A stretch of 64,000 bases of DNA from an uncultured Gammaproteobacteria bacterium (GTDB lineage Bacteria > Patescibacteriota > Patescibacteriia > UBA11705 > DATKZF01). Positions 36,759-47,346 of the stretch are shown piece by piece (within the stretch, counting starts at the first letter, position 1; each line of letters opens with the position of its first letter). The position numbers were made by a program, and so were the translations under genes. Location of the stretch: NCBI GenBank assembly GCA_964411255.1, contig CAYPKD010000001.1:7331-71330 (forward strand), in the 5' to 3' direction. A model generated the notes under the pieces. That model saw only the letters and a list, made by a program, of their open reading frames with translations. It made no database searches and had not been told where the DNA came from.

Positions 36759-38084
36759 TACAAGTTGTGGCAATTCGGCTGCTCTTTTAATTCTGCCGGA
36801 AATTATTGACTCAACATTATAGACGCCAAATTTTTCAGCATCTAAAAAACCTTCCATTGCTGCTTCTGCCAGCCAGCCAGAATCCAGCCAGTCAAAAAGC
36901 CACTGGTGAGTATAACGCGGATCCAGTTGATCCTTGGCAGCATTAATTGTTTCCAGCCAGCTGTGGTTAAAATGCTCCTGTGCGCCAATTGGCGGAGCCA
37001 TAATAATTGGAATTCCCAGACCGCAATAAAATGAAAGTTCACTCGGCTTTGTCCAGAGCACATCAGTTTCAAGTAAAGCCTTATTAAACTGTTCAATATA
37101 TTTATGAAAGCTTATTGAGTAAATAATTTCTACTTTTGATTTATCTTCAAGTAAATTATTTTGCATCAACACTTTTTCAAAAAATTTATATATTTCATTT
37201 CTAACACCAGCAACCAAATTTATTTTTATCCGTCCCTGATCAATATGTTTTTTTAATGACTTTACAATTGTCTCTCCGATTTCCCGCTGCGCTCCAGCCC
37301 CGCCGACCGCAAAGGTTATGGTCAATGGGCGTTCTACATGTTTTGGTACGCAACCCGCAGGCAAATTATCCAAAATGGTCTTTTCATATTTTTTTTGATA
37401 AATACGCTTTGGATCTAATTTGCAAATGCGCCGCCCCAATGCTGTTTTTAAAACATTCATCTTTCTGCCGCCAATATTTTCTTTTGGCAAAGGGAATCCG
37501 GTTAAAAATATATTTTCTTCTCTTATCCCATACTCCTGCAAACGTTTCAATGCACGTCGTGTTGGAGCAAAATATTTAATCCTGCTCTTTTTCGGTTCCA
37601 GCGGCGCCCAGGTTCTGGAAATATCAGTATCAGTAGCTACTACGTAAATTTCATTTTTAAAATTATGAAACTCTGCAAAAAATGCCGGCACAAAAAAAGT
37701 GGTGATCATTGGAATATTTTCGTGATTTAAGAAATCAATCAAATGTTTACCCCAGCCATTTTTCATCAGTCGATACATTTGTTTTATTTGAAAACTTGCT
37801 TCTGACAAATCTCTTCTGGGATAGAATGGGTCAATTGACTGAAAATGTTTGTCATAAAAATTAAAAATTCCCTCGCCAACCAATGGGAGATGTTTTAGTC
37901 TGGAAATAAATTCATAAAAACTTCGACTTTGCTTCCAAACGCGCTGGTCTTTTTTTGGAATGCCTGCATAATCATTTGCAGTAATGATACCTTCATGAGC
38001 AATATCCTTTAGCGGATATGCAGCTCGCTGATGCCCATAACCCATAGTTACAGCAATCACCCATGCTTTTTTCATATTTTGCAT
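36756..38084 (-). CDS. Conserved hypothetical protein, GT-B/UDP-glycosyltransferase-like
   Basis: MGYGHQRAA, TGFPLP, AVGGAG, WTKPSE, PIGAQE..N. Confidence 0.75.
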   Translation of the reverse strand: MQNMKKAWVIAVTMGYGHQRAAYPLKDIAHEGIITANDYAGIPKKDQRVWKQSRSFYEFISRLKHLPLVGEGIFNFYDKHFQSIDPFYPRRDLSEASFQIKQMYRLMKNGWGKHLIDFLNHENIPMITTFFVPAFFAEFHNFKNEIYVVATDTDISRTWAPLEPKKSRIKYFAPTRRALKRLQEYGIREENIFLTGFPLPKENIGGRKMNVLKTALGRRICKLDPKRIYQKKYEKTILDNLPAGCVPKHVERPLTITFAVGGAGAQREIGETIVKSLKKHIDQGRIKINLVAGVRNEIYKFFEKVLMQNNLLEDKSKVEIIYSISFHKYIEQFNKALLETDVLWTKPSELSFYCGLGIPIIMAPPIGAQEHFNHSWLETINAAKDQLDPRYTHQWLFDWLDSGWLAEAAMEGFLDAEKFGVYNVESIISGRIKRAAELPQLV

Positions 38085-38291
38085 AAATAACAGATTTAAT
38101 ATTCTTTATTTTATTATAGCAAAATCAAGCTGATTTTTATACCAAATTATCCCAAACTATTGACAATTATCGAAAAATATGATATTATGGAATATCCGTA
38201 TCCTGGACTGGGCAACCTTGGGTTGGTAAGTATGTCTACTTTGAAATGGTATAACGGCAATTTCGCCGTTAACCAACCAAAGGAGGCCACC

Positions 38292-38600
38292 ATGTCCTGG
38301 AACCACGGAACCTACGGCTGGGAGAAGTACGAATCTTTTGTCCAGGCTCTGGATGTGCTAGGCATTGCCTACACCGAAGAGTTCAAGGACGAAGAGTACT
38401 CACGAGGCTCAGATCTGTACGGAGACGGTCCACAAAAGCTCCGTATCGCTCGCTTCACTGACACTTCCGAAAGGAACATGGTCTGTGAAGAGTACCTGTC
38501 GGTCCAGGACTGCGATTGCGATGGCTCAAGCCAAGTCGCAATTGCCGTCTATGAGCAGGGCCAGCAGCCTGAGCTCATGACTGAGGTACGAGAAGCCTAG
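38292..38600 (+). CDS. Small acidic hypothetical protein (GC-rich, likely foreign)
   Basis: SD AAGGAGG before MSWNHG; CDCD motif; downstream hairpin. Confidence 0.7.
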   Translation: MSWNHGTYGWEKYESFVQALDVLGIAYTEEFKDEEYSRGSDLYGDGPQKLRIARFTDTSERNMVCEEYLSVQDCDCDGSSQVAIAVYEQGQQPELMTEVREA

Positions 38601-38612
38601 CCCAACCCTTAG

Positions 38613-38639
38613 GGACAAGCAAACCGAGTTTGCTTGTCC
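38613..38639 (+). terminator. Hairpin after 38292..38600
   Basis: GGACAAGCAAAC-cga-GTTTGCTTGTCC. Confidence 0.55.
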
Positions 38640-38759
38640 TCCCACCAAAGCAATTTTTTCTAAAAATTTCTTTGGCAGGAATATCAATACTATGCGTTAT
38701 GCATAGTTTTTTTTATAAAAAAAATCCCATCATTTAATAATGGGATTTGTATAAGAGAC

Positions 38760-39422
38760 TTAATGTTGTTCAAAACAAAACCCTTGCTTAAGAAATAAAT
38801 CAGAACAAACAGCAGCCACTTCTGGATCGTAGTAATCTGCCTTTGAAATCTCAGCCAAAGCCGGGTCAATCCCGAGCGCTGGCCTATATGGCCGGTGAGA
38901 AAACATTGCTTCAAAAACATCAGCCACCGCTAATACCATTGCTGGCCGTAAAATATCATGTTTATTAATACCATCTGGATATCCGCTGCCATTTCGTCTT
39001 TCATGATGTTGTTTAATAATCATTGGCACAGGCCATGGATAATTAAAGTTGTTCATAATATTAAAGCCAACGACTGGATGAGCTCTGATGCTTTCCCATT
39101 CATAAGGCAACAATTTGCCTGGTTTGGTTAAAACCTCTGCAGAAATTGATATTTTTCCAATATCATGGACAAGCGCTGCAAGCAGTACTTCATATGCTTC
39201 TTCAGATGTGAATCCAAGCTCTTTCGCCATTATAAAAGCAAGTTGGGCCACGCGTTTCTGATGCCTGGCTGTATGTCGATCTGCTTTTTCCATCATACAA
39301 ACCAATGCTGATATAGATCCATGCAAAAGACGCTTCACCTCTTTTAAACGATTTCTTAATGATTGCTCTGATAGCTTTAAATCTTTAATTTCTTGTTGAA
39401 GTTTGGCAATCGCCTCGCCCAT
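38760..39422 (-). CDS. HD-GYP domain phosphohydrolase
   Basis: HQKRVA, HDIGK, HHERRNGSGYP, RPYRPA. Confidence 0.92.
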   Translation of the reverse strand: MGEAIAKLQQEIKDLKLSEQSLRNRLKEVKRLLHGSISALVCMMEKADRHTARHQKRVAQLAFIMAKELGFTSEEAYEVLLAALVHDIGKISISAEVLTKPGKLLPYEWESIRAHPVVGFNIMNNFNYPWPVPMIIKQHHERRNGSGYPDGINKHDILRPAMVLAVADVFEAMFSHRPYRPALGIDPALAEISKADYYDPEVAAVCSDLFLKQGFCFEQH

Positions 39423-39626
39423 TAATGGCTATCCCTTCCAGTTTTGGTTTTAATTTGGATTTGTATTTTTATTTTCATTTTTGTCTCCTTGTCAACGATC
39501 ATTGTCGCCTGATATAAATTATAAGTAAAAAAAGGAAATCTCTCAATGCTTAGCTGTGGTTAACTTCTCAAAAAAATTTGTATTCTTAATTAAAAAAATC
39601 AGCGTCAAATCTGCGCAGACCTTTTT

Positions 39627-39980
39627 TTAATATACTTTTTTAAACTTTATACTAAATATCGGCTCATAATTATTATCTTCTTTATCAGTCACTTCCACAG
39701 TATCTCCTTTTACCAATTTATTGAGCGCAATGTCTGACAAAAGTTCCTGATCAGTCTGGATATCAGACTTTAGATCATCCAACTCTTCAAACTCTTTGGC
39801 AAAATCCTGCCTTACCTGATTTTCAGCCTGCTTTTTTTTATCTCTCAATTCTTTATAATCATCAACAATGTCTTTATAACCAGGGGTTTGCTCCAGCGCC
39901 TCCTTATACATTTTTTTTAATTCTTTTTGTTTTTCTTTTGCTTTTTGGATTCGATTAAATACTTCTTGAATGTTCTGCAT
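39627..39980 (-). CDS. Conserved coiled-coil hypothetical protein
   Basis: 117 aa, ends YEPIFSIKFKK. Confidence 0.75.
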   Translation of the reverse strand: MQNIQEVFNRIQKAKEKQKELKKMYKEALEQTPGYKDIVDDYKELRDKKKQAENQVRQDFAKEFEELDDLKSDIQTDQELLSDIALNKLVKGDTVEVTDKEDNNYEPIFSIKFKKVY

Positions 39981-40035
39981 AAATTACAAATATTTTTTTA
40001 TTTATTACAAATAATTACGAATGGTAATTCTGAAT

Positions 40036-40725
40036 TCATAATACTTTATAGATTAAATGTAAATATGAATTTTTTAAACGATTAACTTTAATTAATTTTA
40101 ATGCTTTCAATTTTTTTAATTCACTTACTTTATGCAATGCCTTGCCATCCATCAAGGTGGAAGTTGTTTTACCGCCAACCAATATTGGCGCAATTACAAT
40201 TGAAACTCTATCGATCAATCCTTGCCTGACCAAGGTTGTATTTAATGTACCTCCTGACTGAATTGTCATCCGATTAATGCCAAATTCTCTTTTCAATTTT
40301 TGAAAAAGATTTGTGAAATCAATTTTTTTATATTTTATAACTGTAATGTTATTTAAATTCTTGCTTAATTTAACTGCCGGATGATTATTATTTGTTGTTA
40401 CTAAATACAGATGCTTTAACCATTTGGAAAGATATTCAACTCCAACTTTAGTTAAATGCGGTTTGCTGTCAATAATGACAAAACTGACTGGCATCTTTTT
40501 CGGCGCCTTTTTTCTTTTATTAACTCCAATCTTTGCCATCACTCGTCCGGTATTAAGTGAAACAATGTCTGTTCTCTTTTCCAAATCATAATACTGATGT
40601 AAGCCTTCTTTTACACCTTTAATTTTTTTCCAATCTCGATCAACATCCAAATCATCTGTGTCACCGCTGGAAATCTTACCATCCAGCGACATTATCATAA
40701 ATAAAGTTGTCCTTGGAAGATTCAT
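40036..40725 (-). CDS. RibD C-terminal / dihydrofolate reductase family protein
   Basis: MSLDGKI, QSGGTLN, LIDRVSIVIAPILVGG. Confidence 0.88.
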   Translation of the reverse strand: MNLPRTTLFMIMSLDGKISSGDTDDLDVDRDWKKIKGVKEGLHQYYDLEKRTDIVSLNTGRVMAKIGVNKRKKAPKKMPVSFVIIDSKPHLTKVGVEYLSKWLKHLYLVTTNNNHPAVKLSKNLNNITVIKYKKIDFTNLFQKLKREFGINRMTIQSGGTLNTTLVRQGLIDRVSIVIAPILVGGKTTSTLMDGKALHKVSELKKLKALKLIKVNRLKNSYLHLIYKVL

Positions 40726-40779
40726 ATCCAATAATTTTATATTCCGTAACATCTGCAATCTTCCGTAAGCCCTTAATCT

Positions 40780-41178
40780 CTACTCAGTGGTCTGGCCATC
40801 AAAATCTTCTTCATTAGCTTCAGCTTCTTCTTTTGTCTCCCTCACAATTTGATCCTTGTGATGCGCTGGTGAATAAATGGTATAAAGTTTCAATTCCTCA
40901 GAATCAGAAGTGTTAACCACGTTATGTTCAGCGCCTGCTGGAACAACAATTGCTGATCCATCTTTAACTTCATATTCATTGCCATCAATAATAACTTTAC
41001 CAGTCCCCTTTTCAAATCTAAAAAACTGGTCATTTTCCTCATGAACTTCCATGCCAATGTCTTCATTGGGCTTTAGTGACATTAAAACTAACTGACTGTG
41101 CTTTGAAGTGTATAACACTTTTCGAAAATTTGAATTTTCCAAAGTGTCTCTTTCAATGTTTGCATTAAATCCTTTCAT
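40780..41178 (-). CDS. Cupin domain protein
   Basis: IGMEVH..DQFF, VPAGAEHNV, YTIYSP. Confidence 0.92.
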   Translation of the reverse strand: MKGFNANIERDTLENSNFRKVLYTSKHSQLVLMSLKPNEDIGMEVHEENDQFFRFEKGTGKVIIDGNEYEVKDGSAIVVPAGAEHNVVNTSDSEELKLYTIYSPAHHKDQIVRETKEEAEANEEDFDGQTTE

Positions 41179-41306
41179 ATTTTTATTTTATGAATTAATA
41201 CTATTTGATTATAACATATTGAACAAGCAAGACAAGTACGGCCAGTGCGACAAGTTTTTCAAATTTCAATGTAACACATCAAAAAAGACTGCATAATAAA
41301 TACAGT

Positions 41307-41699
41307 CTAAACTGGTATTCTTAGTTGAATAGGGGCAGGTTGATGATGATGACAATATTCATGTTCATCACAAATCGGCACGCCGCAGACAAGCGCTCCT
41401 GTATGACTACAGGGTTTTGTTGCCATATTACTGCAATCTGGATGTGAACATGCCCTCTTTGCATGCTCTTCACAAAACCCGCGTTCAACTGCGATTTTTG
41501 AGCATGGGTGGTAATCCCACTCGCTTTGCCATTTGCATAGTTTGCCTGATGCAACAAGTTTTTCTCTTTGTTTTTTTGCTTCATCTTCAGCTTCTCGCTG
41601 ACATTTTTCATTCAAACAATAAAATACAACGTCAGAACCATCTATAGTTAACTGAAATCCAATCAAATCATCTTTACCACACACCACACACTTGTGCAT
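41307..41699 (-). CDS. Small Cys/His-rich (multi zinc-finger-like) protein
   Basis: SD GGGAGGG before MHKCVVCG; many CxxC/CxxH pairs. Confidence 0.65.
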   Translation of the reverse strand: MHKCVVCGKDDLIGFQLTIDGSDVVFYCLNEKCQREAEDEAKKQREKLVASGKLCKWQSEWDYHPCSKIAVERGFCEEHAKRACSHPDCSNMATKPCSHTGALVCGVPICDEHEYCHHHQPAPIQLRIPV

Positions 41700-41927
41700 C
41701 TTTTCCCTCCCGTGCCATGAGATAATATTTCTCATAGCTTATCAAAGGTACTTTATGTCCTTTCTGGACATTTCAAGCTTAGTTTATTATATATAATTAC
41801 AAAAGTAAATATGTAAAAATGTTTGACAAAATTTTCCTAATCCTGTATAATATTTGTAGTTTTTTTGAAAAATATTTGTTATTTGTAATTTCTAATTTCA
41901 GATTTCAAATTTCGAATTTAATTACAT

Positions 41928-42001
41928 TCGGAGGTCGTCTAATGGTAGGACTCCAGGTTTTGGTCCTGGCTATCCTGGTTCGAATCCAGGCCTCCGAGCC
42001 A
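41928..42001 (+). tRNA. tRNA-Gln(TTG)
   Basis: TCGGAGG/CCTCCGA acceptor, CCAGG-TTTTGGT-CCTGG anticodon arm, CCA end. Confidence 0.96.
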
Positions 42002-42111
42002 TAAAAGTTTCACCATAAAAGGTGTTTTTTTATTGACAAGAAGATTTATTTGTCTTAAGCTAGGAAAACATTTCTTTTTTTAGTAAAATTTGATAAAATA
42101 AAACTACGTAT

Positions 42112-43932
42112 ATGTCAATATTCAAGAAAAAAAGTTTTTGGATAATTTTGGTAATTATTGTAATAATTATCGTTATTGTTTTTGCAGCCAAATCCAGAAA
42201 GCAAGAAGAAGAAGAATATAATACAATAACCGTTGAAAGGCAGGATTTACTTCAAACTGTTGCAGAAACAGGCAAAGTAATTTCAGATCCTGATCTTGAT
42301 TTGAGTTTTCAAGCTGGCGGCGTTATCGGTAATATTTATTATGGTATTAATGATCAGGTCAGAAAAGATGATCTATTAGCCAGTTTGGAAGCAAATGACC
42401 AAAGCGCTTCTGTTGCCCGAGCTCAGGCAACTTTGGCTGCAGCTCAGGCTGCTCTTAATTTAAGGCTTGCCGGACCAATGCAGGAAGAAATAAATATTTC
42501 AAAGGCAAATGTTGAAATCGCCCAAGTAACACTGGAAACTTCACAAAACAATTTAGTAACGCTCGAAACTACTATTGAACAAAATATAAAAAATGCAGAA
42601 GTGGCATTAGAAAAGGCAAAAGTAAATTTAAATCTAATAGAAAACCAAACTGATATAAATCAACAAGTTGAAGATGCTTATGATAATATTTTTATTAGCT
42701 TAGGGACAAATCTAATAAGCATTTATAATGCAATCCAGGCAGCTGATTATGTTTTAGGCATTGATAATGTCACTGCCAATGATACTTTTGAACAATATTT
42801 GTCAATTAAAAATCCTCAAGATTTAATTGATGCTGAATTTAAATATCTTGAAGCAAAAGAAAGATATCAGGAAGTAAATAATTTTTACAATACATTAAAC
42901 ATTGAATCAGATCATTATTTAATAGATCAGGCAATAAAAGATATTGACAATGCTTTCCAATCTTCAGAAGAATGCTTAACCTCTACTCGCGGGGCTTTAG
43001 AAAACGCACTGGTCACTTTTACTTTTCCTCAAGCTACTTTAGACGGCTTAATCTTAAACATTGATACTGCCAGAACAAATCTAAGAGCAGCTATTTTATC
43101 TTTTGAAAATTACAAACAAGCTTTGACAACTGCGCAAAACGCATATGACATTGCCAATCAAGATTATGAAGCAGCTTTGCAAAATTTAGAAACTGTACAG
43201 GTTGAGTCAGAAAATCAGAGAAAAGCTGCTGAGCTTGATGTAAAAGCAAAACAAAGCTCACTAAACGCTGCTCAAGCAGAACTTGCACTAAAAGAAGCTG
43301 ATCCACGAGCAGTGGATTTGGCTGGTCTATATGCCAATGTTGATGAAGCCCGGGCAAATCTGGCAGCCAACCAATACTCTTATCAAAAAACTCAAATTGT
43401 TGCACCGGTTGACGGTATTATTTCAAAGGTTGAATATGATGTTGGTGAAAACATTGCCGCTTTTACACAGATGATGTCAATCATTACTCCATTACCAAAA
43501 ATCGAGGTTGATATTTCTGAATCAGACATTTCTAAAGTCGAACTAAATGATGAGGCAGAAATTACTTTAGATGCCTATGGCGATGATATTGTCTTCCCAG
43601 GCAAAGTAACCTTTATTGAACCGGCTGAAACAGAAATTGCCGGAGTTGTATATTATAAAATTAAAATTGTTCTCGAAGATATGATGGAAAAAGATATCAA
43701 ACCAGGCATGACTGCTAATGTAACTGTTACTACTGATAAAAAAGAAAATGTGATTGCCATTCCGCAAAGAGCGATTATTACGAAAAATGGAAAAAAAATT
43801 GTTAGAATATTAAAGCGAGGAGAAATCGAAGAAATTGAAGTACAGACAGGATTAAAAGGAGACTCAAATACTGAAATCATATCTGGCCTAAAAGAAGGAG
43901 ATGAAGTTATAACCTTTATCAAATCACAATAG
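42112..43932 (+). CDS. Efflux periplasmic adaptor (MacA/HlyD-like) with extended coiled coil
   Basis: N-terminal TM, IVAPVDGII, IKPGMTANV, GLKEGDEV. Confidence 0.9.
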   Translation: MSIFKKKSFWIILVIIVIIIVIVFAAKSRKQEEEEYNTITVERQDLLQTVAETGKVISDPDLDLSFQAGGVIGNIYYGINDQVRKDDLLASLEANDQSASVARAQATLAAAQAALNLRLAGPMQEEINISKANVEIAQVTLETSQNNLVTLETTIEQNIKNAEVALEKAKVNLNLIENQTDINQQVEDAYDNIFISLGTNLISIYNAIQAADYVLGIDNVTANDTFEQYLSIKNPQDLIDAEFKYLEAKERYQEVNNFYNTLNIESDHYLIDQAIKDIDNAFQSSEECLTSTRGALENALVTFTFPQATLDGLILNIDTARTNLRAAILSFENYKQALTTAQNAYDIANQDYEAALQNLETVQVESENQRKAAELDVKAKQSSLNAAQAELALKEADPRAVDLAGLYANVDEARANLAANQYSYQKTQIVAPVDGIISKVEYDVGENIAAFTQMMSIITPLPKIEVDISESDISKVELNDEAEITLDAYGDDIVFPGKVTFIEPAETEIAGVVYYKIKIVLEDMMEKDIKPGMTANVTVTTDKKENVIAIPQRAIITKNGKKIVRILKRGEIEEIEVQTGLKGDSNTEIISGLKEGDEVITFIKSQ

Positions 43933-43933
43933 T

Positions 43934-44665
43934 ATGGCAGCAAAAGTAAAAAAAGCGCTTATAGAATTAACTGACATAAAAAAAGAGTATGTAACTGAAG
44001 AAGTTGTGACCAAGGTTTTGCATGGAATAAATCTAACAATCAAGGAAGGTGAATTTCTTGGCATCATGGGACCTTCCGGATCAGGCAAATCTACTTTAAT
44101 GAATATAATTGGTTTCTTAGATCGGCTGACTTCAGGAAAATATAAATTTAAGGGCAAAGATGTCAGTAAATTAGATGATGATCAGCTTGCTGAAATGAGA
44201 AATTCAGAAATTGGTTTTATTTTCCAAACTTTTAATCTTCTTCCCAGGACAAATGTACTCGATAATGTAAAACTTCCTCTAATATATAGTAAAAAGAAAA
44301 ACAAAATTGAACTGGCAAAAAAGGCAGTCGAAGCAGTTGGTTTAACAAAAAGAATAAGTAACTTATCCAATCAACTTTCAGGTGGTGAAAAACAAAGAGT
44401 AGCCATTGCCCGGGCTCTGGTAAATGAGCCTTCTTTGATTTTAGCTGATGAACCGACTGGTAATTTGGACAGTAAAACAGGACAAAAAATTATGGAGTTA
44501 ATCGAGGATTTAAATGAGAAAGGACATACTGTGATTTTAGTTACACATGAAAGATATACAGCTGAGCATGCAGATAGAATAATTAAAATAAAAGACGGTC
44601 TAATAGTAGAAGATTATAAAAATCATGTAAGAAGAAGAGCCAAAGACGGCGAACTTGTAAAATAA
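43934..44665 (+). CDS. ABC transporter ATP-binding protein (MacB/LolD-like)
   Basis: [32 protein letters not shown]. Confidence 0.96.
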   Translation: MAAKVKKALIELTDIKKEYVTEEVVTKVLHGINLTIKEGEFLGIMGPSGSGKSTLMNIIGFLDRLTSGKYKFKGKDVSKLDDDQLAEMRNSEIGFIFQTFNLLPRTNVLDNVKLPLIYSKKKNKIELAKKAVEAVGLTKRISNLSNQLSGGEKQRVAIARALVNEPSLILADEPTGNLDSKTGQKIMELIEDLNEKGHTVILVTHERYTAEHADRIIKIKDGLIVEDYKNHVRRRAKDGELVK

Positions 44666-44726
44666 ATCAAATCCCAATCTTGTAATATCTTGTATACAAA
44701 TCTTGTAAATCTCGTAACAAAATATT

Positions 44727-45968
44727 ATGGAATTCAAAGATGCAATTAAAATATCTATTAATAACTTAAGAGCGAATAAGGTTCGTTCTTTTTTAACAAT
44801 GCTCGGATTGGTAATTGGGGTAATGGCTATTATAATTATTATGTCAGTCGGCGCAGGAGCCCAGAGCCTGATTATTAATCAAATAAAAGGCTTTGGCACT
44901 AACATAATTACCATCATGCCCGGCTCCAGTGATGAAAGCGGTCCACCCACAGCAATAATGGGTATTACAATTACAACATTAAAATACGAAGACTCATTGG
45001 CGTTAGAAAAAAAATCAAATGTTGAGCATGCAGTCGCTGCATCTGCTTTTTTAACCGGCCAGGGCACTTTTAGCTGGAAGGATTCCAGTATTGAAACAAA
45101 TTTTACTGGTACTACTGCAAATTATCTAAACGTTGAAGAAGCAGAAGTCGAACGCGGCAGATTTTTTTCTAAAAGTGAAGAAAAAAGCATGGCCCGGGTA
45201 ATTGTACTTGGATCAGTAATCGCTGAAGATTTATTTGGTAATCAAGATCCAATCGGAGAAACAATAAAAATAAAAAAACATGCCTTCAAAGTTATTGGCC
45301 TAATGAAAGAACGAGGGGTAGTCGGTCTAGAGAATCAGGATAATAAAGCGTTTATTCCTATTTCAACATCACAAAAACTTTTACTGGGCGTTGACCATTT
45401 AGGATCAATACGAATAAAAATAGACAGCACTGAAAATGTTGATCAAAGTATTGAAGAGATAAAACAAACGCTCAGGGAACAACATGACATTGACAATCCA
45501 AAAGACGATGATTTTACAGTCAGGGCAGCAGCCCAGGCTTTAGAAATAGTTACCACCATAACTGATGCTTTAAAATTCTTTTTAGCAGCAGTTGGAGGTC
45601 TGGCTCTGGTAGTGGGTGGTATTGGTATTATGAATATTATGCTTATTGCAGTAAATGAAAGAATCAGAGAAATTGGACTTAGAAAAGCTGTTGGAGCCAG
45701 AAATATAAACTTAGTTACCCAGTTTTTAGCAGAAACCATTGTAATCACATTAATTGCCGGAGCTGTAGGAATAATAATAGGAGCGATAATCTCTGGACTT
45801 GTTGCCCTAGTGGCAAATTATCTTGACTATGACTGGGATTATATTGTATCTTTGCAGTCAATATTATTAGGCCTTGGCATATCATCATTAATTGGTTTGG
45901 TTTTCGGATTATACCCAGCAATAAAAACATCCAAAATAGAACCAATTGCTGCTTTACGATATGAATAA
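44727..45968 (+). CDS. ABC transporter permease (MacB/FtsX family)
   Basis: RSFLTMLG, GGIGIMNIML..V.ERIREIGLRKAVGA. Confidence 0.94.
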   Translation: MEFKDAIKISINNLRANKVRSFLTMLGLVIGVMAIIIIMSVGAGAQSLIINQIKGFGTNIITIMPGSSDESGPPTAIMGITITTLKYEDSLALEKKSNVEHAVAASAFLTGQGTFSWKDSSIETNFTGTTANYLNVEEAEVERGRFFSKSEEKSMARVIVLGSVIAEDLFGNQDPIGETIKIKKHAFKVIGLMKERGVVGLENQDNKAFIPISTSQKLLLGVDHLGSIRIKIDSTENVDQSIEEIKQTLREQHDIDNPKDDDFTVRAAAQALEIVTTITDALKFFLAAVGGLALVVGGIGIMNIMLIAVNERIREIGLRKAVGARNINLVTQFLAETIVITLIAGAVGIIIGAIISGLVALVANYLDYDWDYIVSLQSILLGLGISSLIGLVFGLYPAIKTSKIEPIAALRYE

Positions 45969-45971
45969 ATG

Positions 45972-46065
45972 GTTACAAGATGTACAAGATCAACATACGA
46001 GATAGTACAAGATGCTAAATCTAGTAATCTCGTAATATCTTGTACATAAATCGTGTAAATCTCGA
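45972..46065. repeat. TACAAGAT array followed by inverted ATCT(T/C)GTA array
   Basis: tacaagatgtacaagat..tacgagatagtacaagat / atctagtaatctcgtaatatcttgtac; half arrays at 44676..44717 and 8903..8932. Confidence 0.75.
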
Positions 46066-46069
46066 AACA

Positions 46070-47317
46070 ATGATAAAATCAAACTTCCAAATCGCAATCA
46101 AAAACTTAAAAATTAACAAATCCAGAACGCTGTTGACTGTTTTGGGTATTGTTATTGGAATTGGCGCGGTGATAACGGTTTTATCAGCCGGACAAGGAAT
46201 AAAGGGTCTAGTTCAAGGTGAATTAGCTGCCTTTGGAGACAATTGGGTTCAAATTGAAATAAAGGTTCCTTCTTCATCAAAATCTGAAACAGAGCAGGCA
46301 ACTTCTCTTGCTGCTGGTGTTGTTATCAATACATTGACAATTGATGATATGGAAGAAATAAAAAAAATTCCAAATATAACAAATGCATATGCAGGCAGCA
46401 TTAGCCAACAAATTGTAAAAAAAGGCGCTGAGCGCTCACAATCAATGCTTTACGGAGTATCTGCCAGTTATATAGATGTTGATAAAAGTGAAATGATGGA
46501 AGGTAGATTTTTCAGTGAGGAAGAAGACAGAGGCGCTGCCAGAGTGGTCATTCTCGGTGCAAAGGCAAAAACTAAATTTTTCGGAGAAGATGAAGTCTTA
46601 GGTAAAACAATAAAAATTGGTAAAGATAATTACCGGGTTATTGGCATCATGGAACCAAGAGGCGCGGTAATGATTTTTGACTTTGATGATATTTTATATA
46701 TCCCCATAAGGACAATGCAGAAAAAAATGCTAGGCGTTGATTATGTGTCAACAATAATAACTGAGGTTGACGATGTAAATAAAATAGATGAGACAGCTGA
46801 AGAAATAAAATTCATCATGAGAGAACAGCATGATACACCAACGCCGGAAAAAGAAGACTTTCGGGTCACCACCATGGCTGAGGCTCAAGAAATGATAGAT
46901 ATTATTCTCAATGGCGTTACTTTATTATTAATTGCCATTGCAGCCATTTCATTAGTCGTCGGTGGTGTGGGCATTATGAACGTCATGTACGTGGCTGTTG
47001 TTGAACGAACTTTTGAAATTGGCTTGCGCAAAGCTATTGGTGCAAAAAATGCTGATGTCATGTCTCAATTTCTCTTTGAAGCAATAATAATAACATTAAT
47101 GGGTGGAATATTTGGATTTGCAATTGGAGCTGGTCTGTCATTTTTAGTCAGTATTGGCGCTCAGCAAGCCGGATATAGCTGGGATTTTTCTCTTTCCATA
47201 ACATCAATTATATTAGCCATCGGATTTTCTGTAATAATTGGACTGATCTTCGGCCTTTATCCGGCAAAAAAAGCCGCCAAGCTTGATCCAATTAAGGCAT
47301 TAAGATATAAGCAATAA
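46070..47317 (+). CDS. ABC transporter permease (MacB/FtsX family), second paralog
   Basis: GGVGIMNVM..VVERTFEIGLRKAIGA; LDPIKALR. Confidence 0.94.
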   Translation: MIKSNFQIAIKNLKINKSRTLLTVLGIVIGIGAVITVLSAGQGIKGLVQGELAAFGDNWVQIEIKVPSSSKSETEQATSLAAGVVINTLTIDDMEEIKKIPNITNAYAGSISQQIVKKGAERSQSMLYGVSASYIDVDKSEMMEGRFFSEEEDRGAARVVILGAKAKTKFFGEDEVLGKTIKIGKDNYRVIGIMEPRGAVMIFDFDDILYIPIRTMQKKMLGVDYVSTIITEVDDVNKIDETAEEIKFIMREQHDTPTPEKEDFRVTTMAEAQEMIDIILNGVTLLLIAIAAISLVVGGVGIMNVMYVAVVERTFEIGLRKAIGAKNADVMSQFLFEAIIITLMGGIFGFAIGAGLSFLVSIGAQQAGYSWDFSLSITSIILAIGFSVIIGLIFGLYPAKKAAKLDPIKALRYKQ

Positions 47318-47319
47318 AA

Positions 47320-47346
47320 AAAGCTTACTATATTGAAGTAAGCTTT
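47320..47346. terminator. Bidirectional terminator between convergent genes
   Basis: AAAGCTTACT-atattga-AGTAAGCTTT. Confidence 0.65.
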
